A DNA stretch of 64,000 bases from Methanothrix sp. (GTDB lineage Archaea; Halobacteriota; Methanosarcinia; Methanotrichales; Methanotrichaceae): NCBI GenBank assembly GCA_040770465.1, contig JAXGJB010000004.1, forward strand, positions 1 to 64,000. The letters run 5' to 3'. Below, piece after piece: positions 27,291-37,371 of the stretch. The notes below the pieces were generated by a model. It did no database searches. It was not told the DNA's origin and saw only the letters and a program-made list of their open reading frames with translations. The position numbers and the translations under genes were made by a program. How positions within the stretch are numbered: position 1 is the first letter of the stretch; every line of letters starts with the position of its first letter.

Positions 27291-27356
27291 ATATACTGCG
27301 AGCTTGGGTCTACTCTGAAGCAATTTGATGCAATTACCCTTACTGGAGGATGTTTA

Positions 27357-27953
27357 TTGGCGAGAAGGTCACAGAGAAAGTCTGACAGCAGGAAGGTCAA
27401 GACGAAGCAGTGGTATAAGGTCGTGGGCCCTGACATGTTCGGAAAGTCTCCCGTCGGAGAAACGCTGGCCAGCGACCCGAGCAAGCTGATGGGACGGGTC
27501 ATTGAGACGACCCTCGGAGAGCTGACGAACAACTTCTCCAAGCAGAACACCAAGCTGAAGTTCAGGGTGGACCAGGTGGCAGGCGACTCCGCTTACACCA
27601 GCTTCGTAGGCCACGAGCTGACCAGCGATTACGTGCGGTCCCTCGTCAAGAGGAGGACCAGCCGGATCGACTCCATCATCGACGTCACCACCAGCGACGG
27701 ATATCGGGTCCGGGTGAAGCCGAGCTGCTTCACCGTCAAGAGGGCGAGAACCACCCAGGTCAAGACGATCAGAAACATCGCTTCGGGGATAATTCAGGAG
27801 AAGGCTGGAACCCTCGACCTCAATCAGTTCATCCAGGAGGTGGTCCTCGGCAGGCTCTCCCTCGACATATACAAGGACGCCAAAGAGATCTACCCCTTGA
27901 GACGAGTCGAGATCAGAAAGACCGAGATCCTGGCGGGGCCCGCTGCCTCATGA
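27357..27953 (+). CDS. rps3ae: 30S ribosomal protein eS1 (S3Ae)
   Basis: 'K.KQWY.V..P.MFG', 'GRVIETTL..LT', 'DYVRSLVKRRTSRID', 'IYPLRRVEIRK'; TTG start. Confidence 0.96.
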   Translation: MARRSQRKSDSRKVKTKQWYKVVGPDMFGKSPVGETLASDPSKLMGRVIETTLGELTNNFSKQNTKLKFRVDQVAGDSAYTSFVGHELTSDYVRSLVKRRTSRIDSIIDVTTSDGYRVRVKPSCFTVKRARTTQVKTIRNIASGIIQEKAGTLDLNQFIQEVVLGRLSLDIYKDAKEIYPLRRVEIRKTEILAGPAAS

Positions 27954-28714
27954 AGATCCTGGGATTCTTCGGCAAGGGCGGCACCGGCAAGACCACCCTC
28001 ACCGCCCTGATCCTGCGGGAGCTTGTCAGGCGGGATGAAGGGGAGGTATTGGCCGTCGACGCCGACGCCAACGAGTGTCTCGCGAGCCTCCTGGGGGCGG
28101 AGGGGACTCCGACCCTCTCCGATATGCTCCAGAAGTACAAGCGGCAGCGCGAAGAGAGCCCTGAGCTTACCGGGATCGACATATTCCAGAACCTCTTCGA
28201 GGCTCTCCTGATGGAAGGGGAGCAGAAGGGCTACGACATGCTTATCATGGGCAGGGGCGAGGGAGCCGGCTGCTTCTGCGCTGTAAACGACCTCCTCCAG
28301 GCGGTCTTCGAGAAGACCGTCGAGGGAGATACCTACAGCTACCTCCTCATGGACTGCGAGGCCGGGGTGGAGCACATCGCGAGGAAGACCTCGGGGAAGA
28401 TCCACGACGCGGTGATCGTAACCGACGCGAGCAAGGTCAGCCTCGACACCCTCAAGCGGATCAAGGATGTAGCCCGAGAGGTGGGGGCCGAGATCGGAAA
28501 CTACTACGTCGTCGCCAACAAGACCAGGCCTGAGATGCTGGAGAAGGTCAAAGAGACCGCGGAGAGCCTGGGGTTCAAATACCTCGGCGCCATCCCCGAG
28601 GACCCCAACTTCACCGAGATCGCCTACCAGGGAAAGACCGTCTTCGACCTCCCCGACGACTCGCCGGCGGTCCAGGCAGTAAAGATGATCATAGATCAGA
28701 TCCTCGAAAGCTGA
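27950..28714 (+). CDS. CooC/AcsF-like nickel-insertion ATPase
   Basis: Deviant Walker A 'GKGGTGKTT', 'VDAD', 'GCFC' (CxC), 'DCEAGVEH', 'ANK'. Confidence 0.88.
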   Translation: MKILGFFGKGGTGKTTLTALILRELVRRDEGEVLAVDADANECLASLLGAEGTPTLSDMLQKYKRQREESPELTGIDIFQNLFEALLMEGEQKGYDMLIMGRGEGAGCFCAVNDLLQAVFEKTVEGDTYSYLLMDCEAGVEHIARKTSGKIHDAVIVTDASKVSLDTLKRIKDVAREVGAEIGNYYVVANKTRPEMLEKVKETAESLGFKYLGAIPEDPNFTEIAYQGKTVFDLPDDSPAVQAVKMIIDQILES

Positions 28715-28735
28715 ATCGAGATCCGTGGAAGGATC

Positions 28736-29110
28736 ATGAACGGAAAGGCCATATCGCTATTCATCTGCCTTGCCATCTGTCTCGTCATGGGCTGCTCCGA
28801 CGAAGGCGGGGATGAGGACGCCGGACCATCGTCCGGCTCATTCTCGGAGCTGACGGTCTCGGTCTCCTCTCCCGCACCAGGGTCGATCCTCTCCGGTGAC
28901 GAGGCCGTGAAGTTCGAAGGCGAGGCGAGGGGCGGGGAGAAGCCCTACTCCTATCAGTGGAGATCGGCGCTCGACGGGACCCTCTCCACCGAGAGGTCAT
29001 TCTCGAAGTATCCGTCGGAGATGAGCAAAGGGCGATACGTCGTCGTCCTGATGGTGACCGACGACGCTGGGGCCAAAAGCCAGGCGAGCATCACCGTCAC
29101 CGTTCTCTAG
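28736..29110 (+). CDS. Putative lipoprotein with PKD/Ig-like domain
   Basis: Lipobox-like 'LVMGC', 'GGEKPYSYQW', 'L.VTDDAG'. Confidence 0.8.
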   Translation: MNGKAISLFICLAICLVMGCSDEGGDEDAGPSSGSFSELTVSVSSPAPGSILSGDEAVKFEGEARGGEKPYSYQWRSALDGTLSTERSFSKYPSEMSKGRYVVVLMVTDDAGAKSQASITVTVL

Positions 29111-29251
29111 GCCGGAGATCAGCTCCCGGCTCGCTCCGAATCATCGGCCCGCGGTTGGGGGACCCAGTTCCCCAGCCCAACCATTCCTATCCGGTAGCTC
29201 CTAAGAGAAGCTTCAGGCGAACTGGATCAGATTATCGGTGAGGCAGACTCG

Positions 29252-30025
29252 ATGCATTATGCCCAGAATGACAGCACAGAAAGATGGAACCGCAACGCAG
29301 ATACGTGGCACCAAAAATTCGGAGGGAACGATCCCAACCGCCGAGATCTGTTGGACCCGATAATCCTGGAGACGCTGGGGGATGTTGGGGGAAAACGCAT
29401 CCTCGATGCTGGTTGCGGCGACGGCTACCTGAGCCGGAAGTTGGCCGAACGGGGCGCCGTCGTCACTGCCGTGGAGTGCTCTTCCCGGATGCTGGCGTTT
29501 GCCCTGGCAGAAGAGGAACGCGACCCCTTATCCATCACATACCATAACGGAGATATCGCTTCTCTGCCCTTTTTGGCCGACGGCTCTTTTGACGCGGTGG
29601 TCACCAACAACGTCATCCAGGACGCCGCGGATTTCGAGGGGGCTTTCAGGGAGTTTGGCCGTCTTCTCCAACCTGGAGGCATCTATCTTCACATCGTGAA
29701 CCATCCGTGTTTTTCGGCCCCCGTATTCGGCTGGGTGAAGGACGGTGAAGGAAAAAAGCTGTACAGGAAAGTCGACCGCTACTTCGATCGGGGACCGTTC
29801 CTCGTCCCCTGGGGCCCGCGATCCGGGATGGAGCCTACGGTGGCCTTCCATCGGACCCTCGGCGATACGGTGAACTTCCTGATCTCCTGCGGATTTCGGC
29901 TTTTGCAGTTGCTGGAGCCTGAACCTCCAGAGTCCTGGTCAACCCTCTATCCGGAACGGCTTGACGCCGCCCGGGTTCCTGATTTTCTGGTCCTGGTCTG
30001 TAAGAAGGACGGGGCAGATCTCTGA
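29252..30025 (+). CDS. Class I SAM-dependent methyltransferase
   Basis: 'ILDAGCGDG', 'FDAV', 'LLQPGG', 'FHRTL'. Confidence 0.92.
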   Translation: MHYAQNDSTERWNRNADTWHQKFGGNDPNRRDLLDPIILETLGDVGGKRILDAGCGDGYLSRKLAERGAVVTAVECSSRMLAFALAEEERDPLSITYHNGDIASLPFLADGSFDAVVTNNVIQDAADFEGAFREFGRLLQPGGIYLHIVNHPCFSAPVFGWVKDGEGKKLYRKVDRYFDRGPFLVPWGPRSGMEPTVAFHRTLGDTVNFLISCGFRLLQLLEPEPPESWSTLYPERLDAARVPDFLVLVCKKDGADL

Positions 30026-30032
30026 AGGAGGG

Positions 30033-30779
30033 TCATAGCCTCGCCCCGGCGAGGGCTCGGCTGCAGGAGCAGCCCCTCTCCTCCGGCACCATCGAAATTG
30101 CGGCCCCTATTATATCTCTCAGAAGCCGGGCGGACTTCGCCATCTCATCGACGATCTCCGCCGCGGACATCTCGTCTCTTCTCATCCCTGCAGCTGGGTT
30201 TGTGACGATGCATATCGAGGCGTAGCATAGCTCCAGCTCCCGGGCGAGAACGACCTCGGGATAGCCCGTCATCCCCACCACGTCGCCGAAGCTTCTGAGC
30301 ATCCGGATGGTGGCGGGGCTCTCCAGGTGCGGCCCCTCGGTGCAGACGTATACACCTTCGGCGACCAGCGAGCCCGCGCCCTCTGCGCCTTGAGCCAGGG
30401 CCCGCCTCATCTCGGGGCAGTAGGGGCTCGTCAGATCTACGTGGACCGCCTCCTCCTCGAAGAAGGTGGAAGGTCTGGATTTGGTGAGCTCCACGAAGTC
30501 GATGGGCAGAACGAAGCTTCCCACCGGGTGCCAGGACATCGTTCCCACGGTGTTGGTTGATATGACCCGGACCGCGCCCCAGGCTTTCGCCGCCCAGAGG
30601 AGGGCCCTGTAGTTCACCCGGTGAGGCGGAAGGTGGCGGCCGCCGTGGCGCGGGATGAAGAGGGCCCCTCTTCCGTGTAGCTCTGTTCTCATCGCCTCCA
30701 CCCCGCCGTAGGGGGTATCGATGGATACGGCCTCTCCCTCCAGCTCGAATCCGGTCCCGCCGATCACCGCGACCTTCAT
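30033..30779 (-). CDS. MTAP-family purine nucleoside phosphorylase
   Basis: 'IGGTG', 'TPYG', 'RHG..H.PPH.VNYRA', 'EGP', 'VGMT..PE..LAREL', 'VTN'. Confidence 0.92.
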   Translation of the reverse strand: MKVAVIGGTGFELEGEAVSIDTPYGGVEAMRTELHGRGALFIPRHGGRHLPPHRVNYRALLWAAKAWGAVRVISTNTVGTMSWHPVGSFVLPIDFVELTKSRPSTFFEEEAVHVDLTSPYCPEMRRALAQGAEGAGSLVAEGVYVCTEGPHLESPATIRMLRSFGDVVGMTGYPEVVLARELELCYASICIVTNPAAGMRRDEMSAAEIVDEMAKSARLLRDIIGAAISMVPEERGCSCSRALAGARL

Positions 30780-31007
30780 GGTTTGGAAGAGATTCTCTGA
30801 ATTTAAAGGGCTTATCCCCCGTTGAAGCGAGGCTCCGCGATCCGGAGTGGGACGGCCCCAGATGGATCGGAGCCCCTAATCTGGGTCCGTTATGGCGAAA
30901 CCTACATAAGGCCCGTCCTCCTCTTGCTCCTGAAACGGCCGCCGGGCCAGGGACGGCCGGATATCGATTGCGCCTCTCAATGCAGGGCCCTTTTGAGGAG
31001 ATGACAG

Positions 31008-32249
31008 ATGGAATTTACCGCCCAGGAGAAGTACGAATTCAAACGGCTGCTCGAAGACCTTCGGAGCAAGAGCGGAAGGGGTACGGAGCTGATCTCCCTT
31101 TACATACCTCCCGATAAGCAGGTCTCGGACGTCACCGCCCAGCTGAGGGACGAGCATGGCCAGGCGTCCAACATCAAGTCGAAGCTCACCCGGACCAACG
31201 TCCAGAGCGCCCTCGAGTCGGTGATGGCACGGCTCCGCCTGATCCCTCGGCCTCCGCCAAACGGGGTCGCCATATTCGTTGGGGCCGTCGACGTCGGCGG
31301 AAACAAGACCGACATGTACAGCAAGGTTCTGGAACCGCCGGAGCCGATAGTAACCTACCGCTACCACTGCGACTCATCCTTCCTCCTCACCCCTCTGGAG
31401 GACATGCTCGCCGACAAGAAGACCTTCGGCCTGATCGTCCTGGACAGGAGGGAGGCGACGATCGGAACCCTCAGGGGAAAGCAGGTGGATGCCATAAAGC
31501 ACCTCACATCCTCGGTCCCGGGAAAACAGAGGAAGGGGGGGCAGAGCAGCCATCGGTTCCAGCAGCTGAGGCTGATCGCGATCCACGACTTCTACAAGAG
31601 GATAGGAGACAGCGCAACCGATGCGTTCCTCTCCATCGATCGAAAGGACCTGGAGGGGATACTGATCGGAGGGCCGTCTCCCACCAAGGAGGAGTTCGTA
31701 GACGGCGTGTTTCTCCACCACGAGCTCCAGCAGAAGATTCTTGACTCCCTCGACGTCACCTACACCGACGAGTCCGGCCTTTACGAGCTTGTGGAGGCGG
31801 CTCAGGAGCGGCTCCTCGACCTCGAGCTGACCCAGGAGAAGCTCGTCATGAGGAGGTTCATGAAGGAGCTGGTGAGCGATAGGGGGCTTGCCTCTTACGG
31901 TGAGAAGGAGGTTCGGCAGAACCTGACCATGGGAGCGGTGGACACCCTCCTCCTCTCCGAGGACCTCCGGAAGACCAGGGCTCGGATCGTCTGCACCAAC
32001 GCAGGCTGCGGCCGCTCGGAGGAGGTCACGAGGTCTCCAAACAGCCCGCCGCCGGAGAACTGTCCCAAGTGCGGGTCTCAGCTGGAGATAACCGACGAGG
32101 TGGACATCATATCCGACCTCTCGCGGATGGCGGAGGAGAGCGGTAGCGACGTCAAGATCATCTCCACCGACTTCGAGGAGGGGGCCCAGCTCTTTCGGGC
32201 CTTCGGCGGGATCGCTGCTATCCTGCGGTTCAGGACGAGCAGCGTCTGA
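31008..32249 (+). CDS. prf1: Peptide chain release factor aRF1
   Basis: 'GTELISLYIPP', 'NIKS', 'Y.YHCD', 'GGQS', Zn ribbon, 'FGGIAAILRF'. Confidence 0.98.
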   Translation: MEFTAQEKYEFKRLLEDLRSKSGRGTELISLYIPPDKQVSDVTAQLRDEHGQASNIKSKLTRTNVQSALESVMARLRLIPRPPPNGVAIFVGAVDVGGNKTDMYSKVLEPPEPIVTYRYHCDSSFLLTPLEDMLADKKTFGLIVLDRREATIGTLRGKQVDAIKHLTSSVPGKQRKGGQSSHRFQQLRLIAIHDFYKRIGDSATDAFLSIDRKDLEGILIGGPSPTKEEFVDGVFLHHELQQKILDSLDVTYTDESGLYELVEAAQERLLDLELTQEKLVMRRFMKELVSDRGLASYGEKEVRQNLTMGAVDTLLLSEDLRKTRARIVCTNAGCGRSEEVTRSPNSPPPENCPKCGSQLEITDEVDIISDLSRMAEESGSDVKIISTDFEEGAQLFRAFGGIAAILRFRTSSV

Positions 32250-32426
32250 GATCCTTTCTCCTCACCCTTTCTTCGCTTCCCTTCTCCACACCCTTCTCTT
32301 CACCCTTTCTTCGCTTACCGTCTTCTCTCCGCTTTTCGATCTTCTCTTCGATCCTTGGGCTTCTGACTCCGCAATTCAGCAGATATTCCGAAATCTAAAA
32401 TACCAGGACAGAAGAGCTGATTCACG

Positions 32427-32843
32427 ATGATCGAGCTGTCTCTGAGCGTCGCCGTCAGGCCCACCGAAAGCCCCGAGAAGGTGGTGAAAGCCATGGAGAA
32501 CCTCTTCCCAGGGGTCGCAATTGCAGCCCGCGAGGGCTGGATCGAGGGACACGGGGGCACAAGAAGCCTTGCGACCTTCCACCGCCTCCTAAGAGAGCAG
32601 AGGATCCTGGACACGGCGCGGTCGGTGATGCTCCAGGGGGTGGTCGGCGACGCCGTCCAGTTCCGGCTGAACAAGCAGGCTGCCACCGTTTCCAGGATAA
32701 ACTTCCCCCCCGAGGAGGAGCCTCTGGGATCGATCCACGTCGAGATCAGGGGGCCCGCCACCATCATAGACTGGCTCGCCCCGAGGACATCGGAGGGGAG
32801 GCCCATCGAGGAGATCGAGCTGGAGGATGATGATCGTGTTTAG
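32427..32843 (+). CDS. UPF0201/DUF54 RNA-binding-like protein
   Basis: 'PTE..EKV.KA..NLFP', 'QRILDTAR', 'LNKQAA', 'IDWLAPRT..GRP'. Confidence 0.88.
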   Translation: MIELSLSVAVRPTESPEKVVKAMENLFPGVAIAAREGWIEGHGGTRSLATFHRLLREQRILDTARSVMLQGVVGDAVQFRLNKQAATVSRINFPPEEEPLGSIHVEIRGPATIIDWLAPRTSEGRPIEEIELEDDDRV

Positions 32844-33609
32844 CTTCTCGTCGAGCGCCCTCGTCGATCAGCCCTTCGACTGGGCGTATCAGCTGGAGGA
32901 TCTCGGCTACTCCGGCTGGGAGATCGTCAACGAAGGTAAGCAGAGGCTGACGGCTGAGACGATGCCCCTTGCCCGGGAGATCGTCGAGACGACGAGCCTC
33001 GTCATCACCATCCACCTACCCTACTCCGATCTCAATCTCGCCAGCATGAACCAGCCGATCTGGGAGGAGACGATCCGGCAGATGAAGGAGTGCATCAGTC
33101 TGGCCTCGGATTTCGCCAGACTGGCCGTCGTCCATCCCGGCTACCTCTCGCCTCTTGGAAAGCAGATGCCCGACCGGGCGTGGGAGCAGAACATCTTTGG
33201 CCTTCAGGAGATCTGCGACCACGCCGCCGACCACAACATGACCATCGCCGTCGAGAACATGCTGAACATCGAGTCGATGCTTGGAAGGACCCCTGAGGAG
33301 ATCCTGGGGATGCTGGAGAACGTCCGCCGGGAGAACCTCGGGTTCGTCTTCGACGTCGGCCACGCCAACACCAACGGGAACGTCGATTCGTTCCTGGCCC
33401 TAAAAGACAAGATGGTCCACGTCCACATCCACGACAACAAAGGGGCAAGAGACGAGCACCTCCCGGTCAAGAGCGGAAACGTCAACTGGTCGCGGGTGGC
33501 AAACGCCCTCAAGGGGTACGAGGGCCGCCTCGTGACCGAGGCCCGGACCCTGGTCCAGGGGGTCCAGTCCATGAGAAACTTGAAGACCTTTCTGGACCAT
33601 CTGGAGTGA
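32827..33609 (+). CDS. Sugar-phosphate isomerase/epimerase (xylose-isomerase-like TIM barrel)
   Basis: 'IHLPY.DLNLAS', 'VHPG', 'VENM', 'DVGHA', 'HIHDN.G.RDEHL'. Confidence 0.9.
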   Translation: MMIVFSFSSSALVDQPFDWAYQLEDLGYSGWEIVNEGKQRLTAETMPLAREIVETTSLVITIHLPYSDLNLASMNQPIWEETIRQMKECISLASDFARLAVVHPGYLSPLGKQMPDRAWEQNIFGLQEICDHAADHNMTIAVENMLNIESMLGRTPEEILGMLENVRRENLGFVFDVGHANTNGNVDSFLALKDKMVHVHIHDNKGARDEHLPVKSGNVNWSRVANALKGYEGRLVTEARTLVQGVQSMRNLKTFLDHLE

Positions 33610-33615
33610 GCTGTC

Positions 33616-34263
33616 ATGACATCGTCACTAGATGACCTGGCCGAAGAGATCTCCCGCTACTTCGAGGCTAAAGATCAGGCTAGAGAGGAGGCGCTCGCTC
33701 TGACGCGGGTCGTCATCCGGAGGTGCGGAGCCGCCATCAGGTCCGTCCACAGAGGCGAGTTCGACCGGGCCCTGGAGTTGACCGAGAAGGCGGGGGATGC
33801 CCTCTCCCGGATCGGCGACCTTCTGGCCGACCATCCCGACGTCCGGTACGCCGGATTCGTCGACGGCGCTGAGCAGGAGTACGCCGAGGCGAGGATCGTA
33901 TACTCCATCATCACCGAGCACAGGACCCCGACCCCCGAAGAGATCGGCGTCGAGATGACGAGCTACCTCTCTGGCCTCGGCGACACCGTAGGCGAGCTGA
34001 GGCGGCACGTCCTGGACCTGATCAGGCAGGGAAGGCCTGAGGATGGGGAGGTCTTTTTGGAGGCGATGGAGGAGATCTATCACCTTTTGATGCTATTCGA
34101 CTATCCCGACGCCGTCACCAAGGGCCTCCGGCGGAAGGGGGATATGGCCCGCTCCCTCCTGGAGAGGACCCGGGGCGACCTCACCAACGCCATCGGCCAG
34201 AAGAAGCTGGAGGTGCAGCTTCGGGAGCTGGAGGAGAGGCTGGGGTCTGCTGAAGATCTCTAG
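33616..34263 (+). CDS. Translin/TRAX family protein
   Basis: 'RE.AL..TR', 'QEYAEA', 'YL.GLGD.VGELRR', 'LRRK.D'. Confidence 0.88.
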   Translation: MTSSLDDLAEEISRYFEAKDQAREEALALTRVVIRRCGAAIRSVHRGEFDRALELTEKAGDALSRIGDLLADHPDVRYAGFVDGAEQEYAEARIVYSIITEHRTPTPEEIGVEMTSYLSGLGDTVGELRRHVLDLIRQGRPEDGEVFLEAMEEIYHLLMLFDYPDAVTKGLRRKGDMARSLLERTRGDLTNAIGQKKLEVQLRELEERLGSAEDL

Positions 34264-34269
34264 AAAATC

Positions 34270-35487
34270 TTATTCTTTCGTCGCCAGCGTCAGATTTCCG
34301 TGGGGCATGACGATCGTCCTCGCGTCCCGCCCCTGCCTCTCCCGGGCCATGGCGAGGGCCTCTTCGAGAGTTTTAGCGTGCCGGAAGAAGACCATCTCCG
34401 CGAGCTCGGGCCTCATGGAGGAGACCAGGATCAGGTCTTTTTCCAGAGACTCCCTCGCGATCAGGGCGGCCTTGTGTCCGCCGAACTCGTACTCCCGCCC
34501 GAACCGCTCGACGCAGTCCTCGGCGCATTTTGCCTCCCTCGCCCACCGCTCGAAGACGGGATGACCGAGCCCCTCGGCGCACTCGGCGAGGAGGATGAGA
34601 GACCCCCCCGGAAGGACCGCCTCTTTGGCGTTCTCCATCGCCTTCTGGGCCTGAAATAGGTTGATGTCCTTGGGGCGGCCCCCGGCGCAGGCGACGACGA
34701 TCTCGGCGGGCCGGACAGGCCTCTGGTACATCTCGTCGACGACTTTGGCGCCGACCCGGTGGGCTCCTACGAAGTCGCCGGCCACGGCCCGCACGATCTC
34801 CTTACTGCTTTTCAGAACGACGTTGAGGATGAAGTCGAGGCCAGCGATCTTTGCCGCCTCCTCCATGTCAAGCCGGACGGGACCGTCGAGCCGCCCGGAC
34901 TTCGACCGGGGGTCGGTCATCATGGAGTGGTTTTTGTTGATCGACCTCTCGGAGCTGACGCCGGGAAGGATGGCCTTGGCTCCGCCGCTGTAGCCGGCGT
35001 AGTAGTGGTACTCGATGTTGCCCGTCCCGATCTTTATGTCGGATGCCGCCACCTCCTCCAGAATCTCGACGGGGGTTTTCCGGCCAGTCTCTCCGAGGTG
35101 GACGCATCGGTCTTTGTCGTGCTGGATGTGAGGAAGGCCGGCAGAGCCGCCGAGGAGCCTGTCTTCTTCTTCGACCGTCATCCTCCGGTGGGTTCCCAGG
35201 CCGAAGACGACCAGGATCTCTGATACCCCCATCTCCTCAAGCCTCCGCACCAGGGGCGGCAGCATCTTGGAGGTGGGAGCGGGGCGCGTTATGTCGCTGG
35301 CCATGATGGCCGCACTCTTGACTCCAGCAAAATCCTGTAGGTGCGGGCCGACGGGATCGTCGAGGGCCCTCTCGATCTCGGCCGCCTCGTCTTTTGCTCC
35401 GGCTAGCTCGTTTGGCAAAACCAGCTCGAACCGTTCGTCCCCCTCGAGATCGAGGCCGACGGAGCCTGCGCCGTATCCGAGCCTCAT
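34270..35487 (-). CDS. larA: Nickel-pincer-dependent lactate racemase family protein
   Basis: 'SDITRP', 'GLGTHR', 'HYYAGYSGG.K..LPG', 'H', 'GG.PKD.NL.QA.K'. Confidence 0.9.
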   Translation of the reverse strand: MRLGYGAGSVGLDLEGDERFELVLPNELAGAKDEAAEIERALDDPVGPHLQDFAGVKSAAIMASDITRPAPTSKMLPPLVRRLEEMGVSEILVVFGLGTHRRMTVEEEDRLLGGSAGLPHIQHDKDRCVHLGETGRKTPVEILEEVAASDIKIGTGNIEYHYYAGYSGGAKAILPGVSSERSINKNHSMMTDPRSKSGRLDGPVRLDMEEAAKIAGLDFILNVVLKSSKEIVRAVAGDFVGAHRVGAKVVDEMYQRPVRPAEIVVACAGGRPKDINLFQAQKAMENAKEAVLPGGSLILLAECAEGLGHPVFERWAREAKCAEDCVERFGREYEFGGHKAALIARESLEKDLILVSSMRPELAEMVFFRHAKTLEEALAMARERQGRDARTIVMPHGNLTLATKE

Positions 35488-35492
35488 CTCCC

Positions 35493-36350
35493 TCAGGCCC
35501 TCCAGACCTTCGCCCGGCTGTTGACGTCGCTGAAGACGTCGAATATTGGCATGTCGGTGGTGTAGCGGAAGAAGTCGGCCCCTGCGGCGTTGCAGGTCTC
35601 CCGGATCCGTCTGTCGTGCGCCTTCATCTTTGCAGCATACTCCTCTCTGACCTTGGGCGTCACCCTGGTCATCACCGACTCCTTCGACTCCATGTCGATG
35701 AACCGGAGGTCCCCCTCGAAGTCGAGGTCAGCCTCCGCCGGGTCGAGGATCTGGATCAGGATCAGGTCGTGGGCCGAGAGCTTGTAGATCCCGGCGACGA
35801 GGCTCTCGACGTCGTCCAGGAAGTCGGAGACGACCACCACCAGGCTCGTCGACCTGATGGTGAGGTCGAACTGCTCAGCCATCCTCCGAAAGTCGGTCCC
35901 CCCCGAGGGCGCGGTCCGGTCCAGATCCTCCATCGCCTTGAAGAGGTTTCTCCTCCCTCCCCTCGTCTCGCCCGGCTCCAGCATCTCCCCGAACTTGGAG
36001 ATCGAGAACTTCTCGTTCTCCTTGATCGCCATGTAGGCGAACCCCACCGAGACCATCGAGGCGAAGGAGAACTTCTCGCCATAGGCCATGCTGGAGCTGG
36101 CGTCCAGGAGGAGGTGGACCGAAAGGCTCCTCTCCTCCTCGTGCTCCCGGACGTAGAGCTTCTCGGTCCGGGCGTAAACCCGCCAGTCGACGAACTTGAA
36201 GTCGTCGCCCTTCCGGTACTCCCGGTAGCCGACGGGGCTGATCCCGCGCCCCACCTTCACCGACCTCCGGGCGCCGGTGTAGACGGTCGATACCCTCTTT
36301 CTCACAAGAAGGGTGAACCGGTCCAGCTCAGCGAGAAACTCCGTATCCAT
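35493..36350 (-). CDS. DUF58 domain protein
   Basis: 'REY..GDD...VDW.VYART.KLYV', 'LDASSSM', 'VSDFL'. Confidence 0.92.
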   Translation of the reverse strand: MDTEFLAELDRFTLLVRKRVSTVYTGARRSVKVGRGISPVGYREYRKGDDFKFVDWRVYARTEKLYVREHEEERSLSVHLLLDASSSMAYGEKFSFASMVSVGFAYMAIKENEKFSISKFGEMLEPGETRGGRRNLFKAMEDLDRTAPSGGTDFRRMAEQFDLTIRSTSLVVVVSDFLDDVESLVAGIYKLSAHDLILIQILDPAEADLDFEGDLRFIDMESKESVMTRVTPKVREEYAAKMKAHDRRIRETCNAAGADFFRYTTDMPIFDVFSDVNSRAKVWRA

Positions 36351-36359
36351 CCTCGAGCC

Positions 36360-37310
36360 TCAGATCGACTTCATGATATCCGATATCACCTGGTCGGCGG
36401 TGACCCCCCTCCTCTCGGAGTCGAAGGTGAGGATGATCCGGTGGCGGAGGATGGGGTACGCCATTACGTCCAGATCGTCGCGGCTTACGTAGTCTCTTCC
36501 GTTGAGGAGGGCTCTGGCTTTGGAGGCGAGGATCAGGCCGATGGAAGCTCGGGGGCTTGCGCCGTACTCGACCCCCTCCCACTTCCGAGTGGAGATTACG
36601 GCCGTTATCGCCGCCCCCTTCAGGTCGTCGGAGATGGGAATGTCCCTTGTGAGCTGCTGAAGGGACAACAGCTCCCGCCGAGTGATCACCCTCTCGACCC
36701 TCGGCTCGGCGTGGCCGGTGTACCTCTCCATGATCTGGTACTCTTCATCCTGGTTGGGATAATCGATGAAGACCTTCAGGAGGAAACGGTCCAGCTGAGC
36801 CTCGGGGAGAGGGAACGTCCCCTCCATCTCGATGGGGTTTTGGGTGGCCAGGACGAAGAAGGGCTCCTCGAGCCTGTAGGTGTTCTTTCCAACGGTGACC
36901 TGCTTCTCCTGCATCGCCTCCAGCATGGCGGACTGGGTCCTGGGGGAGGCCCTGTTGATCTCGTCGGCAAGGACGATGTTGGCGAAGATGGGTCCCTCCT
37001 CGAACCTGAAGACCTTGCTCCCCTCCACCTCCTCGATAAGGGTGGTCCCCGTGATGTCCGCGGGCATCAGATCCGGAGTGCACTGAATCCTGCTGAAGTC
37101 AAGGCCGGTGGTGCCTGCTATCGTCTTGACGAGGAGGGTCTTTCCCAGGCCGGGGTTACTCTCCAGGAGGATGTGACCTCCGGCCAGGATCCCCACCAGA
37201 ATCTGCTCCACCACCGACTTCTGGCCCACCACCACCCGTCCGATCTCCTCTTTGATCGTATCGAAGATGGCGGGCGCATCCTTATAAATGTTGATCAGAT
37301 CGTCTCTCAT
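36360..37310 (-). CDS. MoxR family AAA+ ATPase
   Basis: 'PGLGKT', 'RIQCTPDLMPADITG', 'ADEINRA', 'ATQNP.E.EGT.PLPEAQLDRF', 'GASPR'. Confidence 0.96.
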   Translation of the reverse strand: MRDDLINIYKDAPAIFDTIKEEIGRVVVGQKSVVEQILVGILAGGHILLESNPGLGKTLLVKTIAGTTGLDFSRIQCTPDLMPADITGTTLIEEVEGSKVFRFEEGPIFANIVLADEINRASPRTQSAMLEAMQEKQVTVGKNTYRLEEPFFVLATQNPIEMEGTFPLPEAQLDRFLLKVFIDYPNQDEEYQIMERYTGHAEPRVERVITRRELLSLQQLTRDIPISDDLKGAAITAVISTRKWEGVEYGASPRASIGLILASKARALLNGRDYVSRDDLDVMAYPILRHRIILTFDSERRGVTADQVISDIMKSI

Positions 37311-37371
37311 CTATCCGTCCTCGATGATATCTAAGGCTCTCTATTCTTCGGTTTCTTATTAACGTTCTTCT

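Noticed and set aside
35394-37334. 646-aa plus-strand ORF and many other long antisense ORFs (e.g. 45307-46578, 43002-44069, 19297-20313)
   Set aside because: Shadow frames of well-supported genes in high-GC DNA, with no motifs.
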